Assembly (NCBI RefSeq): GCF_006345805.1
Contig: NC_043020.1
Location: forward strand, 29,760,001-29,824,000
Direction: 5' to 3'
DNA from: Octopus sinensis
Lineage: Eukaryota
Length of the DNA stretch: 64,000 nucleotides
Part shown: positions 50,134 through 63,299 of the stretch, piece after piece
Layout of the letters: every line of letters starts with the position of its first letter
How positions within the stretch are numbered: position 1 is the stretch's first letter
Notes under the pieces: model-generated
What the model was told of the DNA's origin: nothing
Seen by the model: the letters and a program-made list of their open reading frames with translations, nothing else
Database searches by the model: none
Position numbers and translations under genes: made by a program

Positions 50134-52149
50134 CCGATGCCTATTTATGTAAATAGACAGATACATGCACATTCACACAATTGGTTTCTTTTAGTTTCCC
50201 TGTACCAAATCTACTTACAAAGCTTTGGTTGGTCCAGAGCTACAGTAAAACACACTTGCCTAAGGTGCTGCATAATGAGATTGAACTTGAAACCATGTGG
50301 TTGGGAAACTAACTCCTTAACCACGCAGCCATACCCGTATATCAAAACTGAAAGAATATTGTCAAAACCCCAACTTTTCCCATTCTGTTGTTGGCTTTTT
50401 GTTTCTGCCAGAACATTCTCTGTGTGTGTGTTCCTGTGTATGTATTTGTTGTATGTTAGTGTGGATTATGTTACTGTGTCTATGTGTAGAGTTGTCTGTA
50501 TGTGTCTTAAGAGACACTTAGCAATCCTTATAAACTCATGAGCCCTGAATTTATATCAAATCTAGTAAAGAACATTTCCTCCCACTTTATAATAATATCA
50601 CGTTAAGGATGTCCTCAGCTTTTCTAAGAGCAACCACAAATAAGTCTATCTCAAAGCCTAGATTTTTGTTTTGTATATTTAATGTAGCACATTAAATATC
50701 AAAAGAACAATCTTTCTAAATTCTAAAGAATTAAAATGTTTAAGTCATAACAACCACCATCATCATCACTACTGATTAATCCTTTAGAATTTAAACTAGC
50801 CAGATCCAGCCTTTCACACCTACTCTACAATGTCATCCTAAAAACAAATAAGCATTACGCTTGACAGAGAAATCTGAATGCTAAAGGGTTGAATCTTCAT
50901 TGTTTGAGTAACATAGAATGCTAATTAGCTCCTTGTTAATTGGTTTTCTGTCATATATTTGATCTTCAGTTGAGCCGTTTCTATTCATTTCATCCTTGTA
51001 ATTTCTAACTGTACTCGTTAGCCTGAATAAGAATTAGTTCCACCGAGCTTAGTTACTCTTGACACTCCATGAAATTTAATTAAATTAAATTAATGGTTAA
51101 CCTTGATGTTCATTTACTTCACATCCTGGCATCTGGTTTTGGTTTTAGCTGAAATTATTTGTGTTTAGCTTAATTCTAGCCCATCCTCTTCTGTAAATTG
51201 TCAGAAGGAAAATTAAAGATTATTTCATTTTCTCTTTTAACTCTTGTGTTCCTTTAACTGTTCTTAATGATAATCTCAGATGTAGATGTTCTGAGGCAAA
51301 GTGTTCGACTAATTGACTCTCAAAGTTTATATGAATTCCTTGGGTACGTCTTGATCTGTTGAATTGTTAAAACTAGAAGTAAATGATTAATTTGTTGTGA
51401 ATGAATTTCTCATATTGATGTATCTTAATGAATATTTCTTGGCTATATTAAGGTGTGTCAGTAATTCCTTTGATTCGTGGTTTGTCTGATCCAGGCTGGC
51501 ATCAACAAAATTGCCCAAGTCGTCCCCTTTTCAGACCAGTTAACTGATACAACATTCACCCAAATGCTCTGTCATCAATACGTGTGCTTATGTCATAACA
51601 TTTTCGACCAATCAACTACTGAGCCTGTGCCTACATTCATCAGCCTTTTGACCAATTAGCAACATAAGTCAGTTGCTATACTAATGTGCACTACAGGTCC
51701 CACAAGGAAAGGGGTGTCAGAGTATCATAATGGAGCTTACGAATGGAATTGTTGGCATTTGTTGTCAGGTACGCAGGGCCAGTTGATGTCTTTTAAAGCT
51801 TCACCTTCTGTCTACCAAACTACATCATTTCAATATTATGGACTTCTCTTTTGTCTATTCCTCCCATTTACTAGCATTACATAACTATTATAAATACCCC
51901 TTAGTAGCACTTTTATCGACTTCCTGTCATTTATACTCCTTCATGCATTTGTTTCAGTCTCTTTTTTTACTCATACATATACACACACACACATATATAT
52001 ATACATATACACACACACACATATATATACATACACACACACACACATATATATACATATACACACACACACGCTGTAAAAGGCTAAAAATATAATATCG
52101 CATCCAAAAATAAAAATATTCTAAAAAATCAAAAAATATCAAGATTATT

Positions 52150-52850
52150 GTTGAGAGATAACAGTTTACTGAAAGTAGCTGCCCTTAGCTGCCACCTTGG
52201 GTGACTGCAAGATGGCCCCAGAACCTGGCACTTGCATTCCTTACTGTGTCACTGGGAAAATCTTCAAACACCTCCTTGGTCTTGACCGCCAGTTGTTGGC
52301 AGGGTGGTTGGTGCCTTTCTTAACTGTGCCCCACACATAGTAATCCAGGGAGTCACAATTGGGATTGGTGAAATCGTAGAAATTCTCTAACGACCACTTC
52401 TGTCTCTTTCTGGAGGTATGGCAAGGAGCCAAATCCTGCTGCCACACAAATGGCCTTCCAACAGCAACCCTCTTGAGCCAGGGATTGATCAGTCTCTAGC
52501 AGCTTCCCATAGGTCTGAAATGAGCTCCAGGCCCTGTTCAAAGATGTGGGGATGAATTCCACCATGCAGATACAGTCAGGATGCCTTCTGTGTCCCTTCC
52601 TGTTGACCATAGCTTCTCTTGCAGTTGTCCATGTCACATCCTGCACCCTTTGCAGTATGCACAGGGCATTGAGCAACTGTCATGATGTCAGCATTTTGAC
52701 ACCTGGTGTGAATCACCATCATGCAGCTTAACTCTTGCTCCAATATTCAGATGGCTTCCAGTCCGCCATGCCAACTAAATTTTTCTCAACTACAACTTCA
52801 ATCTTTTTGCTCTCCAACAGCATTGACTGTTTACCAATACATGGAGCTGT
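52150..52850 (-). mobile_element. Tc1/mariner DDE transposase remnant
   Basis: Minus-strand fragments WQQDLAPCHTSRKRQKW..ENFYDFT.PN..LDYYVWGTV and NACARF, typical of the DDE C-terminal half. Multiple frameshifts. Confidence 0.8.
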
Positions 52851-55438
52851 CCCTTAAAAAGGGAAGACAAAAAAATCACCAAATTTAGCCCCTAACACCC
52901 TGTACATTCACATGCATATACACTTGTTTACTGTAAATCCGTAAATGTACTCCCCACCCGACATATATTTTAAAAAGATATGAAATCAACAATAAACCAA
53001 ACCTCATCTTCCATTTAGCAGCATCTATTTAAACCTTATCAAGACACAAAATATACACTAATGTAACAAGATTGTCAAGTTTCAGGGGTTTCGTATTGTT
53101 TTTTGTTGTATTTTTTCTACAGAACCTCGTGAATTTATATAATTAGAGTTAATTTTTCTACAGAATCAATGTAGAGTGTGCCATCCTAAGAAAACATTTA
53201 ACATTGTAGTTGCCAAAAAAAATTTTATTCCTTTCATAATTATATTTTTTAATTAGTAAACTGCTTATGTGTTTTAATTAAATATAATTAAATGTTGACA
53301 AAATCCTGATGATTTTGAAACAGCCATCTGTGTCATATGTAATGTCTGTACACTGTTGATAGGCCAGTTGCTGTAGTGCTTATCCCGAAAGATAATCTCT
53401 CTTGTAGACATCGAGAAAGCCAAATGCATTTTGACCCTTTTTGGACCTTAAAATGGTGCATACTCCTAGCCAGTCACATGTTCAGATGAGAATTTGTTAC
53501 CTCTGGTATGGGAAACAGTGAATAAAATGTTCACTGATGTTGTGAATAGCTGCCCTATGTATGCAATTGAAGCAGTATTAAATTAAAATTGCCATCTATG
53601 TATCATACTTAATGTATATACGCCGTCTGATATGCCAGTAACTGTGGTATTTGTGCAGGAAAGCATTAATTGGACTGCATGGATGACTGATATTGAATAA
53701 ATATATGAAAACGGTTTCTATATTGACATTTATTTGGAACAATGGTTGCAAAATGAAGGCACCAGTGCTGGACTACAAAATTCCTCACCTTAGCTGTTGC
53801 AATTATGGGTCTGTAAGCAAAAAGAATAAACATATATATATGCATCTTGTTCCTTATTCCTCAATTTTAAACATTCTTCCTGCTTGACTGGCAACAAACT
53901 CTACTCTTACTTCATAGTTGAGTGGTTTTCAGTTACACCATGTAAATATGCATGCTGTAATAAAAACCACTCCATCCATGCCAGCATGACAAATCAATGG
54001 ACAAAAGCAACAACAAAATGTCATTTTACTCCAATTCCCTAAATCTGCAATTTTATCCGAACACAATTTCCGTTCTAATCTCGTTGCCTCCGATTGAACT
54101 ACAGCCTTTCCATCTTGGGTGGTCTTGCTCCGATCTTCCTTTTTCTTATCCTCTCTCTCTCTCTCTCCTTCACCACTGTTTGTATATCCTCAGCTCGTGT
54201 CGGTCATTTTATTGTTTATCAAATGTTTTTGTGTCGGCTTTTTCTGTGTTTCACCTAATTTTGCTTTTAAGCACCAAAAAACATAAAATACGCGCTATAT
54301 ATATATATGCAAATATATGTAAATATATTCATATAAATTTGCTCGATGCAGAGAACGGGTGAGGTGGGGGGGGGAAGCTTTCTCTGGTAAATGTTGTTCG
54401 TTTCTATTTGTTTTGCTTCGTACTTGCTTAAATGTAATTCTTGGAGTCTGATTTTTTTTTTAAACTTATAGTTAATTAATTACTTAGCTTCTTATTCGTT
54501 GGAGAAGTCTTAGCAACTGTTTTATTTTGCGATAAACAGTGGAAGCATAAATAAAATAAAATTTTAAAAAAGAGGGATGACCCCCCCACCTACCATGCTT
54601 ACCCACCCACCCACCCCCGGCCGCCTAACATAAACACACAAATTAACACTTCACTGTTGTTGTTGATGTTGTTGTTACACACCGCTCCCAACTCTCAACT
54701 GAGTTCTGTATTCCCCTGCCCCCCCCCCCCCCACACACACACACTATCATGAACACCCATCCATCCCCACCCCCATTTGACCAGATCAAATCCCCCCTCC
54801 CCTGCAACAATTCTTTTTATAGGAATGATATGTAGTTGTTGTTTTTCTTTCTTTCATTTTTTTTTTCTTTTTCTTTTTTATTCTTTTGGTGTTCATTTTG
54901 TTGCTGACTGGCTTCGTTTGGTTCTCCAGTTAACCCTACACAGGTTTCTGCAATGTCTTTAGGCCTTTTAGAAAATCTGCATGCGCTTTTTCTTCCAAGT
55001 TATTTTTGTTGACTGAAAAAAAAAAAAAATTTTGTTTTGTTTTTTCCTTTTTTTCTTTCTTTCTTTCTTTCATTTATGAATTTTTTGGACCTTTTTTATG
55101 TACCAAACTGATTATTGTGACTGGAGAAATTTCACATTTGGAATTATTTTTTTACCTACCTATCAACCTTTAACCATTGTATTTAATCTGTATCAGGCTT
55201 CCGTTATTAATGTTATTGTGGTTTTACCTCTTGAGACTTGGTTTTGGGTGGGAATCAACAGCTATGAAGGCAATCTACGGTAGTTATCCTCTTGCGTCGT
55301 TCCCAACCCCCTTTTATTCTTGTGCCTTTGTCCCAGGAAGAAGGACAATGCCTCCAAGATTGTAAAAGAAAGAGAAGCCAAGATTATTGGGAATCGGGTG
55401 ACTTTAGGAATTGATTGTTTCAAGTTGATAATTAAATT

Positions 55439-55664
55439 TTAACCCTTTTAGTATTTAAACTGGCCCCCCCACATCCAGCCAAAATATTCTCCCCATTTTA
55501 TGCTAAAAGTGATGATCCAGCCTCTCACTCCTACCCTACAATGCCATTCTAAAAATAGACATTCACATTGTTGAAATCTTGAAGTTTCAAGATAATACGT
55601 GATTGGTTGAAAACAATGTGAAAAACTGAGCAAAGCATTTGATGATCTGAATGGTGAAAGGTTA
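55439..55664. mobile_element. piggyBac-like MITE
   Basis: TTAA-CCCTTTTAGTATTTAAAC...GAATGGTGAAAGG-TTAA, with TTAA at both ends. Confidence 0.55.
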
Positions 55665-56778
55665 AACCAATGTAAATGACTTTTGTAATGCAAATATTAT
55701 TTTTATGGTTTATTAGTTTAGTTCTTAACTGGAAATGTTTTCCACCATTTTGATTCTAGAGTCTTTTGCTTTTGTTGTCAATTCTTGTCTGCTTTAATAT
55801 TCTTTAGTTTTCCTATGTTAGAATAATAATTCAGGGCAGTAAACTGACCACATCAATCGAAGTTATATGGGGAAATGGTCAGATACATTCTTAATTCTAG
55901 CTCACAAGAAAAGGGAGAAAAAAAACTGTTGTAGAAACCTGAAAGGTATCGTTAACTATATTTAGAGGTAAGCTTATTTATTTGTCTTCAGGTAGACCAC
56001 CCTTGAATCCCCTCCCCCACCTGTTCAAGATTACCAACACCTAAATGTCAGCATATACTTTTGACTCCTTTGTTTTATATACGTGGCGTCCCCTAGTGGG
56101 AGATAATCATTTCTTCTACAAGGGAGATAATCATTTCTTCATAATATTTGGTAGGATTAGAAGTTTGAAATTGAGGAATAAGAAACAAGATGCAAAGCAT
56201 ATATATATATTTTATTCTTTTTGCTTATTTCAAAGGTCTTAAAATTTCTAGGTAATCATATATATATATATATATATATATATAACCATTTCATCCTTTT
56301 TTTAGAAATCATATTGTTAACTTACTGTTCATTAAGACGTAGTTGTAAATTAAACGTGTTATTCTTCAACCTGTGATCTAAATGTTTCCCCCTGTTTCAA
56401 GATTTTCCAACAGGACTCTTTATCCTAGCATCGGCATGTTCGTCTTGATCGGTACATTAGGGTCTTCTCTGCTGCTATTTTATTTTATTCATTTGCCACC
56501 TACTCCCTCCTGTTCAATTTTACAATCACTTAAGCCACTTCATTAAGCATTCTCCTCACACTATTGAGGATCTTATACCTTCCTTGCCAAAGCTTTACAA
56601 TATTTCAAATTGTCTGTAGGTCTATATATTATTTCTTGGGTCAGTTTTGTATCTTCTTTGTGACTATCTGAACTGATTCAATTTTCTTTCTTTATTTCTT
56701 CCTATTCAACACGTGTTTTCTCGTCCCCTAAATTACGCATACTCACCATTTTAGATTTTCATTTTCAACCTCTCACAT

Positions 56779-56876
56779 CACCAGTCATTAATCTCATGTA
56801 GCTACACCACCTGGCATTAATCTCATGTAGCTACACCACCAGTCATTAATCTCATGTAGCTACACCACCTGGCATT
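56779..56876. repeat. 29-nt tandem repeat, 3.4 units, alternating variants
   Basis: cac-cagt-cattaatctcatgtagctacac alternating with cac-ctgg-cattaatctcatgtagctacac (A-B-A-B partial). No spacers. Confidence 0.95.
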
Positions 56877-57368
56877 TTTGTGTAGGTTTGTCAATAAATA
56901 AAACTACTGAAGATCATTTTGGATCACACTTGAAATGTCCCGATTTAATAGGAAGTCACCAACATCTGTTTTGGATGTCAATTCTTCAATATTTTTAGTT
57001 CAGACTTTTTATTTTGCTTTCTTGGTAGGCTATGGGTTGGTTCTTCGCTTCACTACTTCTAGGTTAAACTTTTTGGTTTTTCAGTTGTAAACAAAGGTTG
57101 GTTATGTATACGAATGAGTTACACACACACACAAAATTACGATAATTTCTAATTCTGGTACAAAGCCACAGAGTGATTGTTACCAAGTAAGCCATAGATG
57201 AAGGTATCATACAGTTTGCAAGACTATGAACCCCAGGATGGGGGGTGAAGTTTGTACTAGGAGATGAGGGGCAAAAGATAAGCAAAAGTATGAGAGAAAG
57301 GGGCCAGAGACAAAACTCTAAATGTCTCAGTCTCCTACACCCCTCAGTTGTAATCAGGTTTATTAATT

Positions 57369-57434
57369 TCTAGATTTGTTTTCAGTATAATTAGATTCAA
57401 TCTAATTACTAATTATACTGAAAACAAATTTGGA
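57369..57434. repeat. 26-bp inverted repeat with 14-nt loop
   Basis: tctagatttgttttcagtataattag and ctaattatactgaaaacaaatttgga; the inner 21 bp are perfect. Confidence 0.9.
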
Positions 57435-58035
57435 AAAAGAAAGACGATGCTAATTTCGTTTCAGTTTCATCCATTCAATCCCATTTCACTCATTTCATGA
57501 GATTGCTTGTTTATGATATTGGTTGAAGCATTCCTCCTCCTTAACTTCTTATATGCCTATTAATGCTTCCGCCCCTTCTTATGCCCCTAATAATGTCCTC
57601 CCCTCTTTAATTTCTCCTTTTTACTCTTACTAATAATTAAATAATAAAATGCGTTAATTTTTACAGTAATTGTTTTCTAAATATTTAGGATAAGTAATTT
57701 AATCGTTTAGTTAATTTTAAAGCTAAAAATTGAAAATGTAAAGAATTGGAAGAGCTTAAAGAAAACACATTGACTTCTACGGGGAAATTTATTTGGAGAC
57801 GATAGAGTTAGGCTTTCATTTAAAACATTGCATCATTTCTTTTTCACTTTCCTTTTTAATTATTCCTTTACTTTTGATTTTTAGTGCCAAATTTCTCAAG
57901 CACAAGGATCAAGATGTGATTTTCTTTGTTTTCTGTTTTTTTCCATTTTTGATTTTAAATGCATTTCTTCTGGGACCAAAACCGATTCCGATTGTTGCAA
58001 CTTTGTTTGATCCCTGTCTCCAATTTCTTTTGCAG

Positions 58036-58124
58036 GTGCTCAGTATGATGACGATCGTCCCAAACGCTCGAGTACCAGAGTGAGCAGACCCCCTGGGGGC
58101 ATGTCTGACATATTCTTAGGTTAA
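58036..58124 (+). CDS. DPYS: DHP/CRMP terminal coding exon N
   Basis: tttgcag|GT GCT CAG...GGT TAA. GAQYDDDRPKRSSTRVSRPPGGMSDIFLG*, which aligns to the CRMP-family tail (SGAQIDD..P.R...R...PPGG...LG). Phase 1 matches exon M. Confidence 0.92.
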
Positions 58125-58169
58125 ACAAAAACAAACAAATCTACAATCGAGTGAGAAGAAAAAAGTACA

Positions 58170-58175
58170 AATAAA
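58170..58175 (+). promoter_or_regulatory. Candidate proximal polyadenylation signal (AATAAA); a second candidate at 59070-59075
   Basis: AATAAA hexamers in the AT-rich region 3' of the stop codon. The motif is common by chance in this composition. Confidence 0.25.
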
Positions 58176-59289
58176 AACATGACTAATGTAGATTTCTTTC
58201 TCTTTAAATATTTTTTCATCACATATTTAAAATCCCCCCTCAACAACAACAACAACAACAAGACAAAAATGCTTATTTTTCTTTTTGTATTTTGTCCTAA
58301 ATTTATGAGATAGGTATGTAAAATACTATGTATGTATATATACATATGTACACACGCATATATGTATGCATACATATACATGTGCCATACATGCACCCAT
58401 CACTTGTACGTGTATGGAAGGGTATATTTCTATATTTCTGTGGGTATGCAGGTATGTGTTGCATGGAATATATATTCTGTATTTGTGGAGTTGGGGCATC
58501 ATAAGTTATTCAAAAATGAAGATTACAAACCTTTAAAAACCAAAATTATCTCGATACTAAATTTATTTGCATTTACATTGGCTGTCTTTTGGCAGCAGTG
58601 TTTCGTTTTCAGTCGGTTCTTAAGTTACCTTACTTGAGACTTAGAAGAAATTTCTTTAATTGAATAGTCACAGCAATTATTCTAATAACAACCAATTTAA
58701 GTTAACAATTCAAATTAACAATCAGGAGGGAAAAAAAAAAACAAATTCTATTACTTGAATTAATTACCGAAACGCATTTTTTGAGTTCTAACATTAAAAT
58801 GCTTTTGAAATCGAGCGTGCGTGCATGCACGTGCCTATCATGTTCAGTGTCCAGCACCTTCATTTTGTCATGTCTCCATGCTATTATTTTATACAAATTG
58901 ATTTTCTGTGTCAAACAATTATTGTTGAATCTTCAATATTATCATATTTTTGTCTGAATTTATTGCAGTTTGTCATTTTGATATCTCTCTCTCTGCTATG
59001 CTCTCACTCTGCTCTCTGTATGCCAAAATGGAAATCTATATTGTTTAGTCAAACGTTGCCTAATTATTGAATAAACTATTCATCAAACAGATTCACGTCT
59101 CCTTCGTTTTCTTTTATTCCTTCCCTAGTTTCAGTCCTCAATTCTCAGCATCTGAACCAGCCAAAACCAACACAAGCATTCTACTTGTTTTGTGTTAAAA
59201 CTGACCAAATCCAGCCTCTCACACTTAGCCTACAATGTCCGAAAACGAACAATTACATCGACATCTCAAAGCTGCGAGATAAGTAATGA

Positions 59290-59419
59290 TTAGGAAGGGC
59301 ATCCAGCTGTAGAAACTCTGCCAGATCAAGATTGGAGCCTGGTGCAGCCATCTGATTCGCCAGCCCTCAGTCAAAATCGTCCAACCCATGCTAGCATGGA
59401 AAGCAGACGGTAAACAATG
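59290..59419 (+). mobile_element. RTE-like LINE 3' end copy
   Basis: ttaggaagggcatccagctgtagaaactctgccagatcaag...ccatgctagcatggaaagcagacg. Confidence 0.75.
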
Positions 59420-59869
59420 TGAATAAAAAAAAAGCATTATATTTGACAGAGTAATCTCGATGCCGAAGGATTAAGAATGCTAAAACTTTAAACCAGCCCA
59501 AATATTCTACATGTTTTATGTTCGAACCAACCAGATCTGGCCTCTCACACCTGCCCTACACTGTCATTCTAAATATAAAAAACCTCATTGAAATTTTGAA
59601 GCTATGAGAAAATGCAAGATTAATTCAAAACAACGTGAATAAATAAGTATTACATTTGATAAGGGAATCGAAATGTTAAACGCTTAGAAATATGATTTCC
59701 AATTTTCACATCAGCACCACTTCTTCATGCTTGTAGGAATCAAAGAGAATTTGTTGAGGCAGATTTTTCAAAGAAGTGCAGAAAGTTAACATTCACACAG
59801 ACATGCATACATCTATCACTCAAAGCGGTGTCGAATAAAAAAAGATATATTGAACAAAGTAACCACAAA

Positions 59870-60552
59870 GCTAAGCCCACACACAAGAGACATTTGCGTT
59901 GGTATGGTCATGTACTACGGATGGACGAGGAGAGATGTGTGAAGAAGTGCCACTCCCAAACAGTTGAAGGAATCTGGAGTAGAGGTAGACCCAGAAAGAC
60001 ATGGGATGAGGTGGTGAAGCATGACCTTCAAACGTTGGACCTCACAGACGCAATGATGAAAAACCAAGACCTCTGGAGATATGCTGTGACTGAGAAGACC
60101 CAGCAAATAGAGTGAGTTCATAGCTGTAGCCTACAACTAACCAGCCCACTCAAAAGTACCTTGGATCATAGGGCAACACGCTGTGCTTGAGGAGACCTAT
60201 CGAGTCAAGTACATCAAAATCAAATGGAAATTGTAGTTGTGATCCCCGTGCCGGTGGCACACAAAAAGCACCATCCAAACGTAGCCGATGCCAGCCCCGC
60301 TTTGACTTGCTTCTGTGCTGATAGCACGTAAAAAGCATCAACCAATCGTGGTCATTGCCAGCCTCCTCTGGCCCTTGTGCCAGTGGCATGTAAAATGCAC
60401 CCACTACACTCTCAGAGTGGTTGGCATTAGGAATGGCATCCAGCTGTAGAAAAAATGGAGCCTGGTGCAGCCTCCTGGCTTCCCAGACCCCAGTCGGACC
60501 GTCCAACCCATGCCAGCATGGAAAATGGACATTAAACGATCATGATGATGAT
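59870..60552 (+). mobile_element. RTE-clade LINE 3' fragment: RT C-terminus, 3' UTR and (GAT)n tail
   Basis: RHLRWYGHVLRMDEERCVKKC...GRPRKTWDEVVKHDL...DLWRYAV is the RTE-type C-terminal signature (RLRW.GHV.R...RGRP..TW). It runs straight into the abundant repeat ending ggacattaaacgatcatgatgatgat. Confidence 0.85.
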
Positions 60553-61638
60553 ATTGAACACATTTGGGATTCTCTCCACAGCAAAGGTCTTATGTCTGAA
60601 TACAGTCAGAGAAAATTCTTCACCTTGACATGTTGAAACATTGGAGGTGGGATGGGGCTGTAAATGACATCATTGGATCATAGTAGCACACATTGTGTCA
60701 TTCCACGTCATCAGCAACAAAAAAAAAATGTCATTCATTAACCCAAATAAGAAGGAAATTCTTAAAACAGTTTGCAAAATGTGTGTATAGCATGGTGAGG
60801 CTAGAACTAAATAATGTTGCACAAAGCAGCACTAAGTAAACACTATTCATGTAAAGTCATATTTAATAGATTTGAGTGTATTTGGACATGGCAGGACCTT
60901 TAGCTGCGGAGATAGACCTTAACAGAAAATTCTTCACTTAGATATTTGCCCTAAAAATATTTTTTCACACATGCCTGGGTGGAGAATTTTATCCCAGGAC
61001 TATCTCTACAGTGAAAAGTCTTATCACATCCAAATACACTCCAACATGTTAAATATGGCTTGACAAGAAAATATTGTTCTACTGGACCCAAGTCAGAAAA
61101 TTCTGGTAAAGTGCATCACTTCCAAGCATAAACAGAAAACATAGAATCAACAGGCTACGTGCAGTTTTCATCTACTGAATTCACTCAAGACATTGGTCGG
61201 CCCAGCACTTTACGAGCAGGCATTTTACTCAAGTACCTTGCATTGGAATTGAACCCAGAGTACTGTGGGTTAAGCAAGTACTTTTGAAAGGATGCTCTTA
61301 TTAAAACTATCACATCAATGTTGATACAGTTGTGTTCTATAAAATGTTGTTAGTCACACTATCATCACAGTTATGTCATCTTTCCTGAATTTCTGTGGTT
61401 ATCTAAGATGTCTGTTATCGTTAATAAATTTTTGATACGGATTCAGAAAATCTTCTCTGAGAAGACTTTCATGTGAAGTGACATTACTTCTTTTTTTTTT
61501 TCATTTAAATGATTTGCCACACTTATCCACAGTCATACAGTTTAGAGTTTGTTTCTACCGTTTGAATATGTGTGTGTGGTACAGACAAGTACCTGTGTGG
61601 GTGGCTGTATGCACAGAAAGACACGTTCATACATTCAT

Positions 61639-61727
61639 ATGTTTCTATGTTACATATATAAATGTTTCTATGTTACATATATATATATATATAAATGTTT
61701 CTATGTTACATATATATATATATATAT
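61639..61727. repeat. Three-unit minisatellite with expanding (AT)n
   Basis: atgtttctatgttacat(at)n repeated three times with growing AT runs. Confidence 0.85.
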
Positions 61728-63299
61728 AAGGGGAAAGTTTACGAAAATAAACAAAAGACGAAGGCAAGTGGAGTACAAACAAACAACTGTATTAGTATGG
61801 CGCTCAGGAATAGAAAAAGTCTTACGTTTCGAGCCTACGCTCTTCGACAGAAAGATACACAGAAAAAAAAACAGGGAGAGAAAAAAATGTGTAGGAGCTA
61901 ACGATCTATCATGGCATCCTGACTTCGGACAGTGGTCAGACGCGAGAGGGATCGTTTTAGGATTTGGTTTGCAAGATTCTTTATATGAGTTAGTGTGTTG
62001 AAGCATATTCTGTTGTGTCTGGGGAGAGTCATTTTCTTTTAGTGCCTTATTTATTTTTTTCTGCATGTAAGCATATAGATATGTAAATAAACAGATCAAT
62101 ATACAGACAGATAGGTATATAGACTATATGAACAGACACAGATGGAGACACGGATCCACACATATAAAGATACACATCCATACATACAAACATGGTAAAT
62201 AGTTACATAACACACACACACACACACATAGAAAATACACAAACACCGGACATGCAAGCACATAAATATGCAGGATACGTACATACATATGCATACACAC
62301 ATAAATGTACATGCATGCATGTATAGGCACACACACACACACACACTGACCCATACACATGCACACAAACAAACAAAAGGGAACGCAGTGTAAATAAGGG
62401 ACAGAGTCAAGACTATTGAAAAGGTTGCAACACGCAACGAAAATTTTAGGAAAATAGAAATAAGAAAAAAGTGGAAATTTTACCGGTGAATGTGTTTAAT
62501 AATAAGGCACAAAAAGAAATTGACTCTCCCCAGACACAACAGAACACATATTAAAAAGGTTGAATGCGAGTTTGTCGTTTAATTGGAGTAATTTCCAAAG
62601 ATTTCTAACATTGTTTCTTCAAACTTTACTTTTGAATTTGTGTAAATTAGTGTAGATATGAAAACTTAATGTAGATACACTCAGTACAACAAATTCATAT
62701 TTTTATGTAAATGGAGGAGATTAGATGTTAAAATGGATTCTAGTTTTTTATTATTCATGTTGCCATAGAAAAGGACAGAGATATTGATAATGGGAAATTG
62801 GAACTGTCAAATTGTACTTGTCGGTAGCTTGGGCAAAAACTACAAAAGACATAAGAAGTACATAGATTGTTTTTGTTAGTAATCATGTTGTGTTTGTTAT
62901 TGGAGTCGTGTCTATTTAGAACAAGACTCTCGCATACAGTAAGCAGATCGGGTTATAAACCAAGCCGTGTCCTCTTGAAGCACATCTGCTTTATTCCAGT
63001 TCTCCAGAATTGTATGGAGAAGTTATCTTTGTGTGAAGCAGGCATCAGATTTGGGAAATATTTTTGGCAGAGTAATTATATATCACAACAGAAGAGTTGG
63101 GAAAGAAATTGTTTTTGGTGTTGTTTATTCACCATTACACATGTTCAATTTCCCAATAGGAGGTGTAAGACGTACATGTAGAGTAAACATGTAGGACATG
63201 TATTAGAAATTCTTCTGAGAATCACGTGACTTTGATTATTTATTCACCATTATGGTGAATTAATAATACCAAAAATTTTTTTCCAATCTCCTGTTTTTT

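Noticed and set aside
56779-56876. CRISPR array
   Set aside because: The 29-nt units are directly adjacent with no unique spacers, there are no cas genes, and the context is a eukaryotic intron.
39409-58035. Nested protein-coding gene in the large last intron
   Set aside because: No chain of phase-compatible exons or recognisable domain on either strand beyond TE fragments.
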